Shown here: in pieces, positions 12,580 through 25,951 of the stretch
How positions within the stretch are numbered: position 1 is the stretch's first letter
Layout: each line of letters starts with the position of its first letter
Origin: Trichoplax adhaerens
Taxonomy: Eukaryota; Animalia; Placozoa
Length of the DNA stretch: 64,000 bases
NCBI RefSeq assembly: GCF_000150275.1
Contig: NW_002060947.1
Coordinates: 5,677,086 to 5,741,085, forward strand
Direction of reading: 5' to 3'
The notes under the pieces: generated by a model
Told to the model about the DNA's origin: nothing
Databases searched by the model: none
What the model saw: only the letters and a program-made list of their open reading frames with translations
Position numbers and translations under genes: made by a program

Positions 12580-15500
12580 ATGGAGAATAGCAATGGTGAG
12601 CTCGAGGTTGAGAACGTCAACGATCAAAACTATCAATGTAAAGAAGAAAAAATGGCCATTGTGCATGAAACACGATCTCACAACATCAACAAGACCAATC
12701 AATTGGAGGATAAATGCCTGGATGGACCAAATTTTTCGCCCTCTATACCATTAATTTCTAGTAAAGATAACAGCAGGGACGATAACAATGTCAACGCTCG
12801 CAAATCTACCAAACGTTCAAGGAAAATAAACTCTGCCAATAGCGAACAAGGTAATTAATAAAAATTATTCCTTGCGTAAGGCGAAAAGAATTGCTTTGCA
12901 AGATATTTCTTGTTACAATGGTCAGATAGGTTACACAAGAATATTCATCGTATCGATACAATGATACCGTCGCTCAGTAATAGTTTTTTGACTACAAATA
13001 GCTACTTATTATGCTTTATACGTAGCTTACATACTTTGCCTGCTTTTAATACTCAACATATTATGTATCACCAACTCGCAATATCAGTCAGAATCATGAA
13101 TGTCTGTCTGATATACTTTGTCTTAGAATTACAGAATACGAGGATATCTTAATCATGAATTGCTAATGATGGTTTAATTGCCAATGTCAATTTAATACAT
13201 GACCATCTAAGCGGTTACTTCTCCGCTATTCATAGTATTGGAATGAATAATAACGTGTGGTAGACGTCATCTTCTTGTTGAGCATATCTGACATGAATCA
13301 AATGCATGATAACATGCTGTACATGATAATAGAAGATAAACGCAGTCCTGGTTATGCATCAATGATCGAAAACAATTTTAGCACTTCTTTTTTAAGCCTC
13401 GTGGGCTAATTTGACATTAACATCATCTGTTTATACAACAATTTCGTATTTTAGAAACAACGAATGGTGGTATTGAAGTGCGTCCCAAAAAAAGACAATG
13501 GGAATCATGGGGTGTTGATGACAAGCGAATATTTTTTGAAGCCTTAAACGAGGTGTGAAAATATAAAGTATTACAAGCTGTTATAGTGAACGCCAATGCA
13601 ATAGCATGATATCGTATGACGGTAATGTAGTGAACTAGGAGGACTTATTATCGTAACGTATAAGAATAATAATAACTGTAGATAACGTTGTCTCTCAGAT
13701 CTGAAACTGCAACACGATCACTTCCTGGAATAAAATAGTATAACTTCGTAATAATTTTCGTTAACAGAACAGCTAATAATTAAATATTGTTGATGTACAG
13801 GAAAAGTTACATTGTGCTTTACTTAGTATCTACAGGAAGGCTAGTTAATAAATATTAGATTAATTGGAAAATGAATTAGTGTACTATCTTCAGTTGTAAA
13901 GTAGTATGGTGAAATTGATCGTCTATGTACATGCATTGTGTAAGAAAGTATCCTAATCATGTTTTGAAAAGTATACCTTTATTACGTAATAGTATGGTAA
14001 AGACTTTGATAAAATACAAAGCTACATCGCTACCAAATATCGCAGGCGAGGTGACCCTTCGGACTGGATCAAAAATAAAGATCAGGTACACAATTCTATT
14101 GTATGCATCTAGGATTATAAAAATTTGGCCATGATTATCAGCGAACGTCTATCCTCAACTCCTTGCCGCTAAATGTAGTCTTTCCTAAATAGTTTAGGAT
14201 CATTTCGGGTTACTGTTCTGTCATGGCTAATTTCGTTCCTAATTACATTACAAAGTAAATTTAATAATTATGGCTAGATGACAACACTAATAGCTAAAAA
14301 TTGTCCTTTGTATGTTGAAGGTTCGTCATTTCTATTATCGAACTTGGAATAAAATATCGAAATATTTGGATAGAAATAAAGGTAAGGAAGAGTAACCTTG
14401 TCATGTCAAAATTACTGTTATTCTTTGAATGGAATCTAAAAAATAGCGCCCATAAATTTATTTATTTATTAAGAGTACTAATGTGATACTTTCACGGATG
14501 CGTAAATGTAATTACTATGCTGCCTGGACAAAATTAACGACTAAAGTTTTTGTTGCTGTTCTAGATATTTATATTAATGGCAAGAAAATTAATCAGGAAT
14601 TATGTGGCCTTATATGTTACGGGGAATTGAGAAAAAAAATTAAAGGTAAAAAATATTAATGGTATTGTTTTTAACGTAAGGTTTATTTGGGTTAGTATTC
14701 TCTCGAATATTATTGTAATTTTTAATGCTTAGTTAAGAGCGATTTGTTATACTTCGAATAATTCTGTATATGGATTTATTGTACGTATTCTTTACTCATT
14801 AGGCACTGCAGAAAAAGAAGTCAGGAAATTAAATGAGTTAATCACAAAGGGGTAATTAGTGCATGATGATAGCTGATGGATATTCGATGATCATTGCCTT
14901 GCATTCAAATTGTCTATTTATTTTTAGTGATGATCATGATACTAACTGTCTGTGCATTTATTCTAGTTCAACTTGTGTTCGCTACCAAGGGCGCAATGTC
15001 AAGTTAGTCGAGATAGTGCTAAATTTTCTTTCTAATAGTAATATTTCAGTTACTATACTTTTATGAATTCAGAAATGAATCTCCTATGCATTGTGGACTA
15101 AGCTTATTATAAATTATCATAGCAATAAAATATAATCTGAACTTCCCAATGTAGGATCAAAGCTCCGTATAATCAAGCAATGAAGGTGTTAACAAAGGGG
15201 GACGGACATACTAATCGTATGTTGTTTGTTTATGCAAAATCACATTCTAAATGAATTATTGACTTGTACGATCTTGAAAATTATCCATTTTTTCAACCTA
15301 TTAGATTCAGATAGCGCTATTAAATATCCCCACAAGTAGGTTCATGTCTTATGTATTTGTCTTATTCTAGATTTATGCTAAGTACGAAACTTATTATGAC
15401 ACAACTGGTTATACTTTATATCTAGAATGCCAAAAAAGTTAATTGTAGAACTGGAACCGGCATCAAATTTTTCTTGGACTGTAGTGCAAACAATTTCACA

Positions 15501-18500
15501 GAATCCTCGTCTTAGGTAATACACAATCAGCATAGTAATTATTATTATTCACTTGCAGACTTTATTTCAACTCATTTTCATTTTTCTCGTCTTTCTAGAG
15601 TTGTTTTACCTTCTAGAAAGTCAATGGCAAGTTTGATTGAATATCTGCAGCGAAAGTGGAAGCGTCATGAAGATTTTCATGTAAGCACTTACATTGTTAA
15701 TTTGCACTAAGAAGAAAATGATTAATCTTGATAATCATTGCAAGATAAATTGACTTTTTGTGTAGGAAACATCCAGCACGTCACTAGATCTATCCATTCT
15801 AGCTGTAAGAAATTTAAATTCTGTGAATGCTGGCAATGATCAGTGTTCAGCTGTATCTCAGTGCAAAAGTAATGGAAACTACAAAATGGATGATCAAAAG
15901 AACGAATCATTAGATGGAGATCAACATTTAATGTTAGACACACCCAATGAGGATAATAATGAAGATAAACTATCTTCTGATATTGTCCAGGCCTCAAGTA
16001 AAGATGGTACGATGCAATCGAATAACAAACAATCAATTACTGAAAATACGAGGTAACAGTTGGTATTCAGTTAATCCATTTGTGCAGAAAGTAACTTATT
16101 TATAACCTGAAAATTATAATTACTGGCCTTAGATAGCTGACAATGCATAATTATTAACTTTGTAATACAGCTATCAGAGTGAAAAAGAATCAATGGCTCA
16201 GTGGAACTTAAGCAATTGCAACGGCATATCTATCGGAGACATTTACTTGCAGGTACCTGATTCTACTAGTATTTGGAATGCGATTGTATCGTAACTATTC
16301 TATATTACTTATTACTGTTGACATATACGCGTATGAATACCAATGCTCATATGCATTAATTGGACAATTTTTTTATTATCTTTCTACAGCTTGGTAGACC
16401 TGAAAAACTACAAATGAAATACGTATGGACAGAAAATAGAAAAGATTCTGTTAGTAGAGCATTAAAGAGAATATACAGTATATTTGCATAGCGTTAACAT
16501 TGCATGCCTATTCATCCAAAAAGGACTTTTTCCTAATAAGAACTACAATTGTTAAGTTAAATAAGGGCTAAACTCATGTGCGGTATTGGCATTTCAATAC
16601 TTTCTTATCGCAGGATGGTACTAGTTCAGGCAGTAATGGTTTTAGCTTAGCTTTGAAAAGACTTGCTGAATTAGCTGATGCAGAATTTGCTTTCATTAAG
16701 CAGGTGATAGATAAACTATTAATACTAATTGAAGATGAAATGATTTCTTACAAAGTTGTATTCACTTTCTATACTTGATAGAATAATTCTAATTCTAATA
16801 ATCGAGGCGTTAATGGTTCTACATCGAATATGGTGAAGGAGCTTGAAAATTGTAAGAACACCACCAGACCAACTTCTAATCCTGTTTGTAACCCCAATAA
16901 AAGAGTGCACATTGTAGCGGAAAGGTTAAACCGTTTAATATCAATCTCTATTTAATATGTAATTGTAGAAGTGATATTTATAGTGGATAATTTGATGTCA
17001 TCTTAACTATAGTCAAGAAAAGCGTCCACTCACATCGCCTACAACTGCCATTGTTACTCAAGCAAATACGGTAAGAATTTGGTACAGCATTAGTTATCAC
17101 AGAAGGGCTATTAATTATTTTTTTATAAATAAAATATAACATATAATAGGTAACAACGATAGCATTACCCAAAGGCCGAAAATATAAGAACGTTACGAAA
17201 GGACGTCCCATAGTTCCACATGTAAAAGATACATTCTGAGCATATATATATATTTATGTATACATAATTCTTAACGTAAAAGAAAAAAGCCTATGATTTT
17301 TGTAAAATTGTTAAAGGGGATTTTTATTCTTTAGAGGAGAATTATCTTACCTCGTATCTCTAACCCACCTCCTGGTGCTGTTGCAGTTTCTGTATTTCCG
17401 GACATGTCACTTTCTAATTTACATCACACAGTCGAGAATGGCCAAAAAGATACTGAGCCGCTTCAGTTGCAAACTATCTCCATACCCGCAAATTTGAGCG
17501 TCTCATCAGGAAGTGTGATACCAACTCCAACTGCTAGTAAAAATGATGAACTATCATCTAATCAAATTGCAACTTTTAATAGTCCTTCAAGTGTTACACC
17601 CCCTTCTGTACATGGTGATCCTGTTTTTGAGGATAGTACATGTAATAATATGGAAGTAGTCGTTAAATCATCCGAAAATGGCCAAACTAATAGTATTCTA
17701 GATATGGCTGTAGACAAAGCATTTTCCAAAGCTCTTAAGTCTTCGTTAGATTCTCGAATAAATGCCGATATCAGTGACAGGCTATCAGGTTCGTTTTGAG
17801 AATAGCTTTTATATTTCATTCTTGGAGTAATTTTTATGGAAAAGAATTACTAATATAAGCCTTGTATTAGGGGAAGAAGAATGCATAGAGGAATCAACTG
17901 TTGATACTTGCGGAGAAACGGAAGATCTAAACACTGATTCGACTACAGCTGTAGGAGATTGGATTAGTAGTGAGGTATTCATTATTTAGTTTGTGTCATT
18001 TCTAAATAAAGTAATGACTCTATTGACCAAAATCAACATCTTTGATTTAACATGCGATTTTATATACGTGTAGGCATTTGATATCTCTCTTGGTGATCTA
18101 ATAGGTTTGTTGCATTTTCTGACATCACCTTATCTTAACCGTAATATGTTTTAGAATGGCGTTTTCCCTTGCATTTATAGGAACAGAAGGCAATGATGGA
18201 AGCGAATGTAGTGAATCGAAAATAGTAGACAGTCATCAATCTATAAATCAGATAAAAGATGTAAGTGGAGATTCTGAGTATTTGTGAAGCAAGTAAGACA
18301 CTAAAATTGGTTTACCTAATACGACAAATTAATTTTTGGTTAACTATTACATTAGTTGGTTGCGTTTTTATAAATTAGATTGGATGACTATCTATGATAC
18401 CTAGTAAAGTTAATTTTTGATTTGATTTTTTAAGACCCATTCCGCAATGGAATCTATTCTTAATGAAGATAGCGTTGATTACGTTAAAAAATTTGCGACT

Positions 18501-18572
18501 ATGGCATCCCAAATGTTTGGTCGAAAAGAAGAAATTAATAGCACTGCTTTGAATTTTAAATCTGTGATATAG
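12580..18572 (+). CDS. CRAMP1: Protein cramped-like (SANT domain), multi-exon
   Basis: Spliced exons 12580-12850, 13455-13552 (KKRQWESWGVDDKRIFFEALNE), 13993-14085 (YGKDFDKIQSYI...KNKDQ), 14321-14381 (VRHFYYRTWNKISKY), about 14565-14645 (QELCGLICYGELRKK), later QNPRLR and YLQRKW. The last exon carries EDSVDYVKKF and ends at TAG 18570-18572. Confidence 0.88.
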
Positions 18573-20229
18573 TAGCGTATGAAATATATTTACAACTTCG
18601 GGAACGATTAGGCTACTTTGCCAAATATTCGCCGTTTTGATTTTTATTGAATATGTCAGTCATATACAATAACTGTAATTTAGAGTGAAACAGAAATGAT
18701 TCCTTGACGAGTTTGTCGTTAAGATTGTTTATGATTCCGTTATCACACAATGCCACTATAAATTTAATGTATACAAATTTTATCCCAGACAATGCTTGTC
18801 TATCAGCTGATACTTTCGTCGAATAGTAATATTTTCCAATGTGAAGTGTGAATAAACGTGATGCAATAATAGCCGTAACGTTCATATCCGGTAACTGATA
18901 TTATTATGAACGAATATAAGAAGATAAGAATTTAAAATATTTTGGATTTGGCATTCGTTTCGCTGTCATTTTGTCTAAGTTGTGCATGTTGTATTGCATA
19001 GCTTGCAGTTTTGCGTCGTTTCGGATAGGATTATCTATGAGAGTGTATATATACTTGTATACTATATCGATGTTGTTGTTGATATTCGTATATTGATTAA
19101 TTACGACTTTTGGAATTGGCGTTTGAGACTCGATCATATGTGTATGATAGTGTTAGGACGTAGAAAGCTAGACTTTGTTAAATACTGTACAGAGAAGTAA
19201 ATTGAGCTAAACTTTGTTAAAATTTAAGAAATATATGCCACTGTATTATTCCTAAAAGTATAAGATACTAATGAATGGAAAATAACTGAACGATGTTACA
19301 AATTGTAAAATTATGTGAATCAGTCTAATAATGAATATAAGTGACCGTTATGCAATGGAAAAGTAGGTAATGTTCTGGTGTGGTTTACATCCTTACTATC
19401 GATCAATAGGCGTCTAATTTTAATAAAGGAATTGATGTAAAGTGCCACTTTTTAAGATTGGATTGTTATCATATGATTCATTTATTTATTTATTAACGTA
19501 CGCGTATATTGGACTGCATTGAAATGTTATGTTAGGCTGTTTTTACTGTAATATGCGTGATCATTTATATGCATTAGTTCCATTTCATTTGACTGTCCCA
19601 TTGATGTACAACGACGTGGTACAGTTACACCTGTCGAAGGTTTGTAGTCAACGAGTTGGAATTGGATGATAAAAGAATTGCGATATAGTATCATGCTTTC
19701 GTTAAACTACGGCTATCGCTTATTACTTGGCTAAAAGTTACAAATGAAAATCCCTGTCGGCTAGCTGCCTGTACTGTCTGGTAGACACTCGATGGCATGC
19801 ACTTCAAAAAGGAGGATTGGATAGAGCACTATAGTATCGTATAGTACAGCGCCGGGCTACGTTGCTCTAATCCATAATAAGACCAATAATATGACCTTTA
19901 AACTTTTTGCAAAGGTGGATATTTGACCTTTAGTATGTCGTATTATCAAGCTGCTAGTAAACGAATGTGAAAGAGCAGTCGATCATAAAGACAGCCAGCC
20001 TGCCAAGGCAGTTTAACACCTCAATGCAGACCAATACAGTATAGACGTCTGTACCGCGATGACAGCACCCAGGTTGCTTAGGTATACTGTTACTTTTGAA
20101 TACGCCATTTTCTACCGTAGCCACTGGTCCTCGATGTCTATCACCATGGTGATGAGTGCCAGTAGCCCGGAACCAGTACGGTACCAGTACCAATCGTGCC
20201 CACTATGGAACACCACCCGTGACTGGGCC

Positions 20230-20585
20230 GTCAGTACCGTACGTCATACTACAGTACAGCCCGTGGGTCGTGGCTAGTCCGTGGCCTGCAGAAAGAAAAG
20301 TGATGCAAGACCAGTTGGACCACAAAGGTATCAAAAAAGGGAGGCAAAAAACTTGCAGTTGAGACTGGATCTGAGAACAATCATCGTGCCATCTACTGTA
20401 GTCCTCAAACACTGTACGGTGCCTAGTACAGCAAGAGCTGTGTTTTTTCCGCCACTGCGCCTGTTCCGTACCCGGCGTAGCGTACAGTACTGTATACTGT
20501 AGATACTGAGTGTAAAGTACTGTGCTCTACAGTACCGCCCTACTATACTGTATGCTGTATCGTACACCCTGTCGTGCACAGTGTA
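20230..20585. repeat. TACAG/CTGTA-rich island upstream of SLC25A43
   Basis: Repeated agtac/actgt/acagt pentamers in a locally GC-richer segment. Confidence 0.65.
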
Positions 20586-20907
20586 TACCCTCTATCCTCG
20601 ACCACATCACCTAGTGACCACTGACTGTGACCCTACAAAGGGAGACCCCATATTGCAAAGGCAGTACCGTACCGTACCGGATAGAATGGGCAGTGCGTCA
20701 CGTTGAATTGAATTGATCCCCCCTCTAGGCCTGTAACTCCTTTATCTCCATGTGGCAACCGCTGTTTCATCCCTTTCTCCTCTTAGCGTGGAATACACAG
20801 GAGCAAGAATCTTTCCTAGTTAGGTGAAAGTTTTCCTTGCGTTTTTTGAATCTCTTCTTCATTGACTAGTTTCCAAGTGGAATTATCAGTCGATAGACCA
20901 AGACATT

Positions 20908-23900
20908 ATGGGTAAATCAAAGAAGGATGATCGTATGACCTTTGGCCAGAATTTCGTTTCTGGTGGCTTAGCTGGTGTTACATCTCGTACGATTACATCG
21001 CCATTGGACGTAGTTAAAATTTTGGCTCAAGTCGGTACTAAGGAAACCAAAGCAGGTTTCTTGAAAACCTTCTCCAATGTCTACACCAACGAAGGTGTCC
21101 GTGCTTTCTGGAAGGGAAATGGTATCGCATGTATCCGTCTTTTCCCTTACAGTGCTGTCCAATTTGCTGCTTTTAACAAATTGAAGGTAATGATGGCCGA
21201 TAAAGAGACTGGCAGACTGTCCGCTTTGAACGCTATGGCAGCTGGTTCAATGGGTGGTATTTCTGCTACTGTCATGACTTATCCAACCGATATGGTCAAG
21301 ACCCGTTTAACTGCCCAGCACGCTAGCAAAGACAAGGCCCATTACAAGGGTATTTTCGATGCTTTCCGTGTCATTTTCAGAGATGAAGGCTTTCTCGCTT
21401 TCTATAAAGGAATGTCTACCTCAATCATTGGTAAGTTAGTCTTTGATAGCGGTTTTTCTACAAAATTAGCGGCGGCTGTTCACTCAACCGTCATACAGGA
21501 TGCGATCAATGCCAAGAATGACATGACTTGCTGTCCCAATTGACTCCTAGTCTACCCGCCCGCCGTTTAATAGATAAATTCATGGAGTTGGGTATCCAAT
21601 TACGATTCAACTCAACTTCGTCAAAGATATCATCATATCTTCTATCTTTCACTCTTCATCGCCGCAAGGCCGACTGTAGAAAATATGCCCATGTTGTTCA
21701 TTCACTTGTTACGATAGTAGTCTTCCATGTGGTAGCAAAGGGTCCATTTATATGGACTTGTACAGTTGTAAAATTTGCCGTTATTCATGGCTTACTCCAC
21801 AATGGACTTTTTTTTTGTTTTATAGCCGGACGGGCGTTGTTTCTATGCCTTGTATTATTTGCATGTGGCCCTTTCTGAATTAGTTGCTAGGAAAATAAGA
21901 ATTTTCGGACCCTATAAAATTGTACATCCATCAGCAGATAGACATCCATGAACTATGTTACAGCTGTTATCCTTTCAACAACTGTCAATGGCTAGTGTCA
22001 TGACTTGCTGTTACCTTGAGTGCAATACTCAAACGAATTGCAAGCGCTAAATGTTAGACTTTATCTTTAAGGCGTCGTTTAAAAAATTATTCCAAAACTT
22101 CGTGTAGAGACTGTTACTGACGCAGTTTCAAACTGATAAGCGAGTATACTGTAGGATTCTAAATATTCTTTGATAAAGTGACTTTTTTCAACTTGTATTT
22201 CGACTCCATTGAAAGAGTATCTCTATATTCGACTATGTCCACTAGAAGACCGACTAGAATATCAAACAGTTATTGTAATAGTAATAGTTAACTACTGCAC
22301 ATAAAATTGCTTAATTATCGTTAATGTAATCATACAGATTTAGTAAGTCAATTTTATGGGTCCAAATTGAATCATAATTATTGATCCAAAATAATGGTTT
22401 TATTTTAATGACTGTTTGTGGAATGTACATATATGCCGCCAGTTGAATATGTACATTTTGTTACATTCAAAGTCTTGATGATGAAATGGATATGGTTTTA
22501 AATTAATGACCAATTATACTTGTGATTGCAGGTGTAATTCCTTTCGCTGGAGGTACTTTTATGGCATACGAAGTTTTAGATAAAGCATGGAACAAGCCGA
22601 AGTCTGAAATGACTCCTATGGAGAACTTTATCAATGGATGTTTGGCAGCTGCTTTCGCACAGGTAGGACGAATTTTAAGCAGCGTTGGTAAAGTTAGGCG
22701 TTGTTGACTTCAGTAATAAATATTATAACTTGTGATTACATAACTTTGGAACTTGATGTATAGACGTGTCAAGATATACGGTAGTTTGCTCTGTTGCGTT
22801 AGAGCTTGAGATGTACAAGCATCTGCCATTAGCTCTAATTCTGTAAGAACCGCATACTGCTATTATGAAGTATCTATTTGAATACGACATGTGGAATTAC
22901 TGCTGTGTATGTAATGCAACAGTCGTTAACATATGCCCTTTCATTCATCAATTTTTTTTCATACTAGTAGAATCATCATCAATCGAGATTAAGTCTTTTA
23001 GTTAACTTTATTTCGTTTAATAGGCTATAACCTCATAGTTGTGCAAACTATTATTAGTATCAAGCTATTAAATTACTCTTTAATTAATGATCGATTTGTC
23101 GTCTTTATACAATACTACGCATTGTCATAATAGTATTTATTGATTTTTTCCCGTGATCGAGTGCTCGCAGTATGCCGTACACTGCGTATGTTCTTACAGG
23201 TGACATGTGACACCTATGATTTATCGACAGCTGGTACTGCAATTTGTATCTTACATAACGGGAAAACCAGTTATCCATGTTATCAAATTCTATTAATAAT
23301 TATGTAACTCAAAGTTAGAATTGATAAATCCATTGATCGTGGCCTTTTTAATCATGTACGACATACCTTTGTATTTTTTTATAGACATTCTCTTTCCCAT
23401 TTGATACCATTCGTAAGAAGCTTCAGGTGATTATTGACTTGCATCTGTTCTTTACTGTATTATTATTATTATTTTAACGTTATGTTAATGGAAAATCAAT
23501 CTAAAAATATCTCGCATTGTAGGCTCAAAGTAAAGCTCTTGCTGGTGGCGGCGGCGTAGATGTCGAATTTACTGGCATGTCTGACGCTTTTATCCAAACT
23601 GTCAGAAAGAACGGTCTTTTAGGATTATGGAGTGGTACTACTGCTAACTTGGCTAAGGTAATTTTTGATTCTTTTCAGGAATGATGTAAAATGTTTGAAT
23701 TAGTAAATCAAATTAAAAATCTTTCAACTACATAAATCGTTATTTGTCTTGTGTGTTAATTATCCATCTTCTACGGATGCGTCAATTGTTATGTAAACAT
23801 ATTCTTGATATTGTTCGATTTTTGCATTAATAAGACCACGTAATTTTTATTTGCTCATTAGGTCGCTCCGTATGCCGGTTTAATGTTCATGTCTTTTGAG

Positions 23901-24032
23901 GCTAGTAAGCGTATCTGCCTGTACTTAAACGGTTATACTACATCTCCTTGGAAAGACACCCCAGTTCCTGGTGTTGATCAGGGCATGAAGCCCCATGAAT
24001 TGAAAGAGTTTTTAGCAAAGCAAAATAAGTAA
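20908..24032 (+). CDS. SLC25A43: Mitochondrial solute carrier family 25 member 43
   Basis: Exons 20908-21430, 22532-22662, 23385-23426, 23523-23657, 23862-24032. Three carrier motifs (PLDVVKIL, PTDMVKTR, PFDTIRKK) and subfamily-typical LAQVG, GGVDVEF and CLYLNGY...PGVDQ. Confidence 0.92.
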
Positions 24033-25951
24033 TTTGTTACTAATTGCGAAAAGTGTATGCTTTTAAGATATTGTCAATGTTCTTTATCTTGGCATTCGTG
24101 TTACCATATTTGTATTAAAGCTAAGATGGTTTAATTAAATTGGCATTATCTGTCTATTAATTGGGCGTATAAGAAGGGCATGATGCGAGATAGTAATTAG
24201 CAGTGCATACAAGTTATTTTATTGTAAGTTGGCAATGGTATCCTTTGACTTTGCTTTGCCATTCTTATTAACTAAAACGGTTATGTTAAACTCGGATGAA
24301 ATCCGTCTACCCGTCTATCTTGAAATTAATGAATTGAGCTAATTAAAATTACAGTACCTCAGAATTCAGACTTGTGTAATGTTACTCAGTAGTTGTACAG
24401 TAAATTGTAGTAATACAGTATGTTAATTCTATGATAATTAATTAAGACGTGAAAATTTACGAATTGAACATCTTGCAGAAATCTTGAGTGCTGCATTGCA
24501 ATGTGAATAGTAAACCAGTGGTGCACAGTATAGCTCGAATAAGATTTAACTTACTGTACTCATATTAAACGTTTATAGCGTTTAGTGCAGTTAAAACCGG
24601 TAACAAACGGGTAATTTGAGCTATAAGCTACACCCCCGTACTTGAAGCATACATTGAATCGTAGACCACTAGAAGAAAACTAGGTATTCTTCTAGTAATG
24701 CATAATTGAAGGCAACAAATTTGCAAGGTACAGATCGTGCAATGGATCTCACATTCTCTTAAAATAGGGGGGATAACCTTGTCAGCTGTGGATTACAATT
24801 ACTGCTTTACTAATGGTTAAGAATATGAACATAGTGCACAGAATTTTAATAGCAATTTTAGATGGTGTGCACGTGTACGAAATGTTGTCTGATAGCAAGT
24901 AAATTATATACCAGATGACCATACAGTATTTGCCTTAATGAATAGATTTATGGCAGATTGATAACAGTATCGAAATATTCTTGCTATTTTATTGAATGTG
25001 TTACACGTAACTTACGACCTTAAAAGTTATTTACTGCTACTAATACTGATATAAATTGATACAGCTGCTATGTTTGCAATCTCTACAGTATGGACTACAG
25101 TATACTATAAGCTGTTGATATAATCCAAGCCAGAAGGCGAGATACTGTATAAGGTGTTTGAGACAAGGTAAACTCGTGAATTTAAAGTGACATGTCTCAG
25201 AATTAGCGGCTTGTTGTCATTAGTAACCAGTAGTTCTGTACCAAAATTATAATTTTTGGATTAATAGCAGATAATGAATTACCTTCTGCGATTGAGAAAA
25301 GGCCCTTTTAGATCCTACCTCGTTGCCTACTCTATTATTGTACTAGTTTAAAGTATTATTTTTTAGATTTGTATAGCATTGATCGAGGACTAGTAATGAC
25401 AGGATAAGAAACTAAACACTACAAAACCTAGGCCAAGACCTACAAAGCATGCCAATTACAAGCGGTTAAATAATATTAATCTTTGGCCGTGTGGATTTTA
25501 TATCTGAATAAATAAAAATTGGGAGGAGAGAATTAAGGAAATACGTTTAATATTTTTGTAGAACTTTGAAATTTGTATTGAGATGAAAAGAAGAGGAAAG
25601 ACGATCGTTATATAGAATCAATTTAGTATCTACACTATAAGTCTTAACAGTTCCATATCCCTTGGCTGTCATTATAATAATCGTAACATTTACTTTAACA
25701 GCTAAGGCGCATCAATCGCAAAGGTAGCGTGATTTAATAAGCAAAAACATAGCTATATATATAGCCCTGTATAGTCAATATTAACATTTGGTACAGTACA
25801 TATTTGTTGTATTTTTTCAGGAATTGAAAAAATTTGATTATTTTACGTGCTAAAAGGATGAAATTAAGGTAATAGTCCAATGATTAGCCACGGAAGAATG
25901 ATTATAATCTATCACTCTCTATAAATGTATCAAGCAGAAACTAACTAATCG

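Noticed and set aside
24238-24945. U12-type donor GTATCCTT and a CCTTAAT branch-like site in the SLC25A43 3' region
   Set aside because: Non-coding location and a branch-to-AG distance that is too short; plausibly chance without transcript data
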